Below are positions 56,045-64,000 of a stretch of 64,000 nucleotides of DNA, in pieces. Where the stretch lies: contig CM035353.1 in NCBI GenBank assembly GCA_020137815.1, forward strand, positions 4,650,001 to 4,714,000. Reading direction: 5' to 3'. The stretch comes from Hormiphora californensis. Taxonomy: Eukaryota; Animalia; Ctenophora. Made by a program: the position numbers and the translations under genes. Position 1 is the stretch's first letter, and each line of letters opens with the position of its first letter. The notes below the pieces were generated by a model. The model had not been told where the DNA came from, made no database searches, and was given only the letters and a program-made list of their open reading frames with translations.

Positions 56045-56570
56045 GATGACTACCCCCGGAGTGTCAATACAGCACCTGATGCTCGCAGTGACGTGTATGC
56101 TATTGGGTTATGGAGAGGACTACAGGGGGCTCACGTGGACGTTGCAGTTTTTCATCCCACTGCACCCAGTTACAGAGGAAAATACCCAAAATCTCTGTAT
56201 AAAATGAATGAAAGTCGGAAGAAACGTGATTACCAACAACGAATCAGAGAATCGGAGAGGGGCTTTCACCCCGTTTGTGATGGCTACCTCCGGAGGTTCC
56301 GGACCAGAGGCTGGACGACTAATCAAAAAGTTAGCTTCACGCATCTCAACTAAACACAAGGACAAATACGCTGAGGTGATTAATTTCTTGAGAACGCGGA
56401 TACGGTTCTGTCTCCTCAGAAGTACCTTGGTGATTGGTCTCACTGAGGGGCACGAGGAAAAAGTTCACGACTCCACCTCCCATCGCAATGTGTGATTTTA
56501 CTGACTGACTTTTTATTTGTAATATTTATTGTTTATTTGAGTGAGTGATTTTAAGATTTATTTATTTATT
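56045..56570 (+). pseudogene. CRE-clade RLE fragment (frameshifted) with 3' UTR and (TTTA)n tail
   Basis: ARSDVYAIGLW..AHVDVAVFHPTAPSY..E..KKRDY, FTPFVMATSGG.GPEA, SLRGTRKK..AMCDFTD*. Confidence 0.85.
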
Positions 56571-57174
56571 ACTAACCCCAACACCGGGGGCAAATGATCG
56601 AACCCAATGTGAATGAGACTCATCGCGATTAACTCTTCATACGGTTACCCCCTTTCTCTCTTCGGCAGCTTCTCTTCGGCTGTCGGAAAGTGATGCCAAT
56701 CGGTGTTGGGGTAAGGGGTTAGTGAATTTTCAAAAAAAAAAGAAAAAAAAAAAAGAGAAAAAAATTGGTTGGAAAAAACAAATGGGCGCGATTATAATCT
56801 GGGTGCCTTGCAGCGTGTTTACAGGTGCGCGCTGCCAAAAAAGTACACCTAAAACCACTCAGACCGACTTTTTTCAAACGGCTATCCGCTATAGCCGCTC
56901 AACCACATAGCCGATTTGAGTAAACTAAACGGTATCTGATAGAGAATCGATAGCCCTAACTGATAACCCCAAACAAAACCCTAACCCGACCCTAACAACA
57001 GCCCTAACCCGTCTCGACCGCCAAAATCGATGAATTGTTAGCAATGGAAGGCACCCAGATTTTAACGTTTTCCAAAACAAAGTAACAAAACAATAAATCA
57101 ATTCATCCTCGGATCAATTCATCCTCGGATCCTCAAGTTCTTCTCATTCCTCTCTTCCTCAGGTCACCCGTTCA

Positions 57175-57300
57175 GTATTTGTTAGACTAGTGATAGCAAT
57201 CTTCCTCCGATTTCCTCTTAATGCAATAAGGCATGATCTCAGGAGGGAGAATCGTAGCCTCGTCCTCAGGTGAGCCATAACTTCACTATGGAGGCGAGAC
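57175..57300 (-). pseudogene. Third CRE-clade RLE C-terminal fragment
   Basis: HSEVMAHLRTRLRFSLLRSCLIALRGNRRK. Confidence 0.7.
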
Positions 57301-57949
57301 ACTGTGTTGAGACGCGCACAATGCGACGCGCATGCGACGCGCATTTTGGCATTGCGACGCGCACCCTGTTTTGAATTTCGAGTGAAACTGCCAAAAAATT
57401 TAAAAAAAATTTTGTCTCCAAAAGTTTCAAAATCTTCTTGTTTGACTTAGACGATCGAAAGTAAGTGTATTTAAGCCTACCCAGTTGGATAACGGTGGAG
57501 TAAAACCCCTTTTATTGTCAAATTTTGACTTTTTTGTGGCAATAACTGTGTCATTTCTTGTCCACATCGCACAATCTTAGGCTCGTTGGCAAGACAGTAT
57601 CGAGGACTTTCCAATGACTAAACGGTCAATTAAGTCAGGGCTACGTTTCTGAGCCTGTGTTTAAAAAAGGTGTGTTTGAAGCTTTCTTTGTAATTTCTTC
57701 GCATTGTAGCGCTGATTTTGATGTCCTGAGCTGTAGTCAAGCTTTCAATTTGAAGGAGCTCAATACAACATTTTCAAAAACGTCTCTACCAAACCTAGTT
57801 CGTAGCAGATAGACAACCATACGCTTTTCAAGTTATTTAGATATGTTAAAGTTGAACGCTGTTTACCAGCGTGCTCAAGGGAATTGAATAAACCAAATCC
57901 CAAATACATTTTTATCATCTCCAGCTGTAGAAGTGTCCTGATTGGTAAA

Positions 57950-58634
57950 ATATTTCTGGATTATCATGTATCTTTCGCGTCTCCGTTGAAGAGATAAAAT
58001 TCCCAGCTGTGTCAGCCTTTCCCAGTAGTTAAGGCCTTGACATTCCGCAATTCTCCTGGTAAAGAATCTCTGTATAGTTTCGATCTTTATAACATCTCCG
58101 ATCTTGGTTGGAGACCATAAGGGAGAACAGTATTCAAGTTTGGGTCTTAGCAGTGACTTGAGGAGAGTTACCATAGTCTTCTCGGAGTGGTCTCTGAACA
58201 GTGAACACCCCAAGAATCCAGCCTGCTAGACGTTTTGCTTCACCGGTGATGGTGTTAATGTGGGTAGACCATGATCCATCGTTTGTCATGTTGACTCCAA
58301 GATCTCTCACACAAGTAGTAGGTTCGATAGCTTCGCCTGATGGGGTGTAATACCTGTAATACTCCGAGTTGAAGGGCATCTCCCGGAGTTCTCTGGTCTT
58401 GTTGAGGGTGTAGTTTAGGACTTCAAACTTCTGCTCATACAGCAGCATATTATTTCTTCCCGACCATTCCGCTATCTGTTCCAGATTTTCTTGTAGGGCA
58501 TCCCTGTCTTTCAATCCAGTAATTGCTTGGCGGCTTTTGGTGTCGTCCGCGAAGGTAAGCGTACCTCCCGTCGTCCGGGATACCAAGTCACACACATATA
58601 TGATGAATAGAAGGGGTCCAAGCACAGATCCCAC
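57950..58634 (-). pseudogene. CR1/L2-group LINE reverse transcriptase fragment
   Basis: GSVLGPLLFIIYV.DL, FADDTK, RDLGV, RPKLEYCSPLWSP, IE.IQR.FTR, LSLQRRRER; one frameshift. Confidence 0.9.
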
Positions 58635-58699
58635 ATTTCACCCAGCAGTCCACTGTACGTGATGAGATCCCCATATAGAGTAGAAAATAGACAAAGACG

Positions 58700-58772
58700 A
58701 CAGAGAAATTGAGATAGAAATGGAGATAGAAATGGAGAGAGAAAGAGAGAGAGAAGGAGAGAGAGAGAGAGA

Positions 58773-58827
<55 letters not shown>

Positions 58828-60075
58828 GAGAGAGAGAGAGAGAGAGAGGAGAGAGCAGAGAGAGAGAGAGAGAGAGAGCACAGAGAGAAGACAGAGAGAG
58901 AGACAGAGAACAGCTACCGAGAGACAGAGAACATGAGAGAGAGAGACACGAGAGACAGCGAGCCCGATAGACAAGAGACAGAGAGACAGAGAGACAGAGA
59001 GACAGAGGACGGCGACAGAGAGACCGAGATACAGAAGACAGAAAGACGAGAGACAGAAAGGAGAGAGACAGAAAGAGAGATGACAGAAAAGGAGAGAGCC
59101 AGAAAGAGAGAGACAGGAAAGAGAGAGACAGAAAAGAGAGAGACCGAAAAGATAATGACAGAAAAAGAGAGGAGACAGAAAGAGAGAGACAGAAAGAGAG
59201 AGACAGAAAAGAGAGAGACAGCAAAGAGAGAGCCAGAAAAGAGAGAGAGACAGAAAAGAGAGAGACAGAAAAGAGAGAGACAGAAAAGAGAGATACAGAA
59301 AGAGAGGACAGAAAAGAGAGAGACAGAAAAAGAGAGAGACAGAAAAGAGAGAGACAGAAAAGAGAGAGACAGAAAAGAGAGAACAGAAAAGAGAGAGAGA
59401 GAAAAGAGAGAGACAGAAAAGAGAGAGACAGAAAAGAGAGAGACAGAGAGACAGAGAGACAGAAAAGAGAGAGACAGAAAAGAGAGAGACAGAAAAGAGA
59501 GAGACAGAAAAGAGAGAGACAGAAAAGAGAGAGACAGAAAAGAGAGAGACAGAAAAGAGAGAGACAGAAAAGAGAGAGACAGAAAAGAGAGAGACAGAAA
59601 AGAGAGAGACAGAAAAGAGAGAGACAGAAAAGAGAGAGACAGAAAAGAGAGAGACAGAAAAGAGAGAGACAGAAAAGAGAGAGACAGAAAAGAGAGAGAC
59701 AGAAAAGAGAGAGACAGAAAAGAGAGAGACAGAAAAGAGAGAGACAGAAAAGAGAGAGACAGAAAAGAGAGAGACAGAAAAGAGAGAGACAGAAAAGAGA
59801 GAGACAGAAAAGAGAGAGACAGAAAAGAGAGAGACAGAAAAGAGAGAGACAGAGACAGAGACAGAGACAGAGACAGAGACAGAGACAGAGACAGAGACAG
59901 AGACAGAGACAGAGACAGAGACAGAGACAGAGACAGAGACAGAGACAGAGACAGAGACAGAGACAGAGTCAGAGACAGAGACAGAGACAGAGACAGAGAC
60001 AGAGACAGAGACAGAGACAGAGACAGAGAGACATGCAGACATACAGACAGAGAGACACATAGACAGAGAAACAGA
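58700..60075. repeat. Compound purine-rich microsatellite
   Basis: (GA)n, then degenerate and later perfect (AGAAAAGAGAGAGAC)n, then (AGAGAC)n. Confidence 0.95.
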
Positions 60076-60627
60076 GCGATACGAAAAACGAGGAATTTCC
60101 TAGGTGTTTTTAGTTTAGTGTACGTCGCTTGAGTAATCAATTAATTGTAAGCCATCCGTAGGATGGCCTGGGTCCACTAGTATACCGCCCATATTCAACA
60201 GTATCAGAGTGATATAATTAACACTGAACTGTCAAATCATCAGAGCGGTATATCCTAGGGGTAATATATTAACATGTACTACAACTGTTTACTGTGAACA
60301 TGGGACTTGTCACCCAAAATATGTGTATTTACAGCACTCGACTCATACAGTTCACGGTCATCCTCAATAAATAGTTTTACGTTGTAGTTGATGAAAGTTT
60401 GAAAGTATAATGCTCTCACACAAACAACACTGGGTAGAAAAAAAACGTTTAAAGTAGACTAATACAGGTGACTATGTAATGGTAACTGAGAAAATAATCG
60501 GGTCTCATAAACCTGTCGATATAAATTTAACACACTCTATACTCACACCAGCTTAAAAACAAGGTACTAGGTAATGAAAGCCGAAATGAAATAAAAGGGA
60601 TGACACCAATTGCCCACGGCCAAGTAC

Positions 60628-60985
60628 CTATACCAGAACCGTGGGAACCTCGCCGAATGCCACAGTGAACAGATGAGTCTTTAACCGAGATTTGAAGGTG
60701 TCCACATTAGGAATAGATCTTAGTTGGAAGGGAAGGTCATTCCACACCATTGGCAGGAACACAGATATCCTCCTCCGTCTTAGCTTTGAGTTAGCAATTT
60801 AGCATTGATACTGGACATCTTAGGGTGTTTGAGCCTGTAGGGATCAAGAACTCCTGTCATCCGTGTAGTTCTAGATGCTCCCCAACAATCATCAAGAGGT
60901 ACCAAATCTTGAAGGTATTCCGGTGCTGTACCGCTGACTATCTTGTAGGCTATCTCTATTATAATTTGGAGATGAACGTCGAAGT
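60628..60985 (-). pseudogene. L2-clade LINE ORF2 3' fragment
   Basis: Reverse strand AYKIVSGTAPEYLQDLVP and VWNDLPFQLRSIPNVDTFKSRLKTHLFTVAF. Confidence 0.8.
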
Positions 60986-61200
60986 GGTGGTCGTTCGTTA
61001 GGCGGTATCTACGCGACAGACTGCTCCTTCATAAAACACTTTATATGCCCAAAGCTGTAAAGCTGCCAATTACACTTTTGGAACTTCCAGTGGAAGTTTT
61101 TTAATATTTTCGAATGACTTTCAACATGCCAGTCCCCATAGTTACCAATTCAGTTGCCATGGCAACCGTTTTATTGACGTGGAAAGGGGCGAAAAGAACC

Positions 61201-61265
61201 ATCCGGCGAAGCCGGGTGGGTTATCAAAAAGCCCTTACTTGAGGCGCACCCAATGGGTGCGCTAG
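61201..61265 (+). mobile_element. Helitron-like 3' termini (two hairpins, CTAG|T)
   Basis: CCGGCGAAGCCGG hairpin, then GCGCACCC-AAT-GGGTGCGC running into CTAG and T. Confidence 0.55.
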
Positions 61266-61269
61266 TTAA

Positions 61270-63548
61270 CCCTTTGACGGCGACAGAGCATATATGCTAC
61301 AGTCTATTCTAGGCGGCCTGGAAGTCCTTATGTTTTATCTAGGTGGCCCATATTTTGTCACAAGCTAGTTTTAGGGATTATGAACCTAAAACCACGTCCA
61401 GATCAGCTCAGAAAATCAAGAAAAAAAATTTTATAGCCCTTCTAAGGAGGCTAATTTCGGCCTTTTTTTAAAAACATTTCTCATTTTTTTGTTTTTTGGG
61501 GGCACAACTAATCCTTTGAAGGAATAAAAGTGCTCGTCATAACCGACCGAATGCAAAAAGCCGCATCAAAAAATATTGAAAATTGAATGAGTTATTAACA
61601 TTTAAGGCGCTGTATCATATATGATACTATCGTCCGTAAGGGAATTCTAGTAACAAATCTAAATTGTACAAGTTTGCGGGTGTTATGGCATAAATTCATG
61701 CTTTCATGAGGTTTGTAGCTACAAGTTCTACATTCGTGAACGGTTTTTACCAGGAAAAGAACCCAAATTAGAGATTTGTATCATATATGATACTATCGTC
61801 CTAAGGGTAAATTCTCCTAAAACATACATAATTCGGGCTAGAAAAGGAGCTAAGAGACAAATGGGGGCACTAAAATGTGTAGAATCATCGCATTAGTGGG
61901 GGTAGAGCACATATTTAGGTCGCTATCTGGACCCCTAATTGAGATAATTGCATAATTAGCTAATTATCTGTCCGGTGCGTGCTAATTATTCATGAAACTT
62001 TGCTCTGGGAAGGAGTTATGAGACAAATGGGGGCACTAAAATGTGTAGAATCATTACATTAGTGGGGGTAGAGCACATATTTAGGTCGCTATCTGGATCC
62101 ATAATTGAGATAATTGGATAATTAGCTAATTAGTTGCCCTGGAGCGCTAATAAATGAGACTAGGCGGAGTATACAAGACAAGTGAGGGCACTAAAATGTG
62201 TAAAATCATCGCCTTAGCGGGGGTAGAGCACATAGCTGAGTTTCTATTCCCACTCCTAATTGAGATAATTGGATAATTAGCTAATTGACGGTTGCACACC
62301 GTCCACTTTTCACCAAATCCCGTGGTTTCTAGGTAATCCTGAGCTCTTTTGCTCAATCTAAGGATCTTCTGACAACCCCTAACCCCATTTGTATCACCTT
62401 TGACTCGTTTTACACAATAGTATAGCACTCGATACAACCCTAGACACTGCCTTCAGCTCTTTAGAACCCTCTTGCTCCATCCTAGACCTCTCATACATCC
62501 AAGATCCAACTACAATCCTATAGAATTTTTATATCCTATTGCTCCTACAACACGTTCAACCTCTAATGTACTACAGTTTCCCATATTTATTGTTTGGACA
62601 CACATTATAGGTTATAGGGGTTTAGGGATATTAGGGGTTTAGGGATATTAGGGGATGTCAGAAGATCCTTAGATTGAACAAAAGAGCTCAGGATTACCTA
62701 GAAACCACGGGATTTGGTGAAAAGTGGACGGTGTGCAACCTTCAATTAGCTAATTATCCAATTATCTCATTTAGGAGTTGGAATAGAAACTCAGCTATGT
62801 GCTCTACCTCCACTAAGGCGATGATTTTACACATTTTAGTGCCCCTACTTGTCTTGGATACTCCACAAAGTCTCATTTATTAGCGCTCCAGGGCAACTAA
62901 TTAGCTAATTATCCAATTATCTCAATTATGGATCCAGATAGCGACCTAAATATGTGCTATACCCCCACTAATGTAATGATTCTACACATTTTAGTGCCCC
63001 CATTTGTCTCATAACTCCTTCCCAGAGCAAAGTTTCATGAATAATTAGCACGCACCGGACAGATAATTAGCTAATTATGCAATTATCTCAATTAGGGGTC
63101 CAGATAGCGACCTAAATATGTGCTCTACCCCCACTAATGCGATGATTCTACACATTTTAGTGCCCCCATTTGTCTCTTAGCTCCTTTTCTAGCCCGAATT
63201 ATGTATGTTTTAGGAGAATTTACCCTTAGGACGATAGTATCATATATGATACAAATCTCTAATTTGGGTTCTTTTCCTGGTAAAAACCGTTCACGAATGT
63301 AGAACTTGTAGCTACAAACCTCATGAAAGCATGAATTTATGCCATAACACCCACAAACTTGTACAATTTAGATTTGTTACTAGAATTCCCTTACGGGCGA
63401 TAGTATCATATATGCTACAGTGGGCCCAGCAAAAACTACATGTCGGAATTACAAATTTCCTTTTCGAGGCGTTTTGTGTTGAAAACATCTACTTATAAAC
63501 GAAAAATTAGACAATTCTATCGAGCCAATCCTTCTCGCCGTCAAAGGG
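61270..63548. mobile_element. Non-autonomous piggyBac element with long internal inverted repeats
   Basis: TTAA|CCCTTTGACGGCGA...TCGCCGTCAAAGGG|TTAA; ~770-bp internal arms 61612-62382 / 62648-63418. Confidence 0.9.
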
Positions 63549-64000
63549 TTAAGCAAGCTTTGAAAGTAAGTCTCTGAGTGATCGGAAGAATATGGCACTG
63601 CCGGAAGAAATCCATGTAGTCTTCCTGGTGCCCACGGAGGTTATAGATGAAGCGAATACAGGAATTGAGAACTTTCTGGAGCCCATCTAAGACGGTCCCT
63701 GTGACCCCCCAACCTTTTAAAACTTGTATATCCGAATAGACTTGACATGTGGGCAGTAGCGATCCTACTATATCTTGCCAGTACCTCAGCCCTATACCCA
63801 GCCGGAGAATAGCTAAACATTGAGCTTGCTCAATGCGTGTGTGTGTGTTTACTCATTACCTCCCGGTGCTACAACCCCTCTACTAAACCATCCAAGATCT
63901 TTTTAGGTAGTCCACAATACAGTATGTTACTGTAATCAATCTTAGATATCACCAACTGCTTTACTAGCATAATCTTCGTTGAAATATCGAAACATTTGTT

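Noticed and set aside
58511-60140. Long ORFs of 237-490 aa
   Set aside because: They are translations of (GA)n, 15-mer and 6-mer microsatellites
62610-62655. TTAGGG-containing repeats
   Set aside because: Only a few imperfect units in the piggyBac spacer; not a telomeric array

Overview
Eukaryotic, probably invertebrate-metazoan, repeat-dense DNA. I find no intact host gene, rRNA, full tRNA or CRISPR array. The window is a transposon graveyard with five components. (1) About 15 non-autonomous cut-and-paste elements, many of them near-perfect foldback palindromes, assignable by termini and target-site duplication (TSD) to TA-type, Kolobok-like (TTAA), Academ-like (3 bp), hAT (8 bp) and piggyBac (TTAA). 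(2) Three Helentron/HINE-like rolling-circle elements of two families, two of them nested inside a TA MITE. (3) Retroelement relics: two Penelope GIY-YIG pieces, CR1/L2 fragments, CRE-clade restriction-like endonuclease fragments and gag knuckles. (4) Transposase relics: EnSpm/CACTA twice, Kolobok-like, and an hAT dimerisation domain. (5) Micro/minisatellites and local duplications. The most interesting signals are three distinct minimal type I hammerhead ribozymes (one with a U3-A8 core), an internal ~125-bp module shared by elements with ends of different superfamilies, covarying subterminal repeats in the Helentron-like families, a possible in-frame splice of an EnSpm fragment to a C2H2 finger, and CRE 3' ends abutting the same stem-loop. 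Family assignments come from motif recognition by eye, not from database searches.
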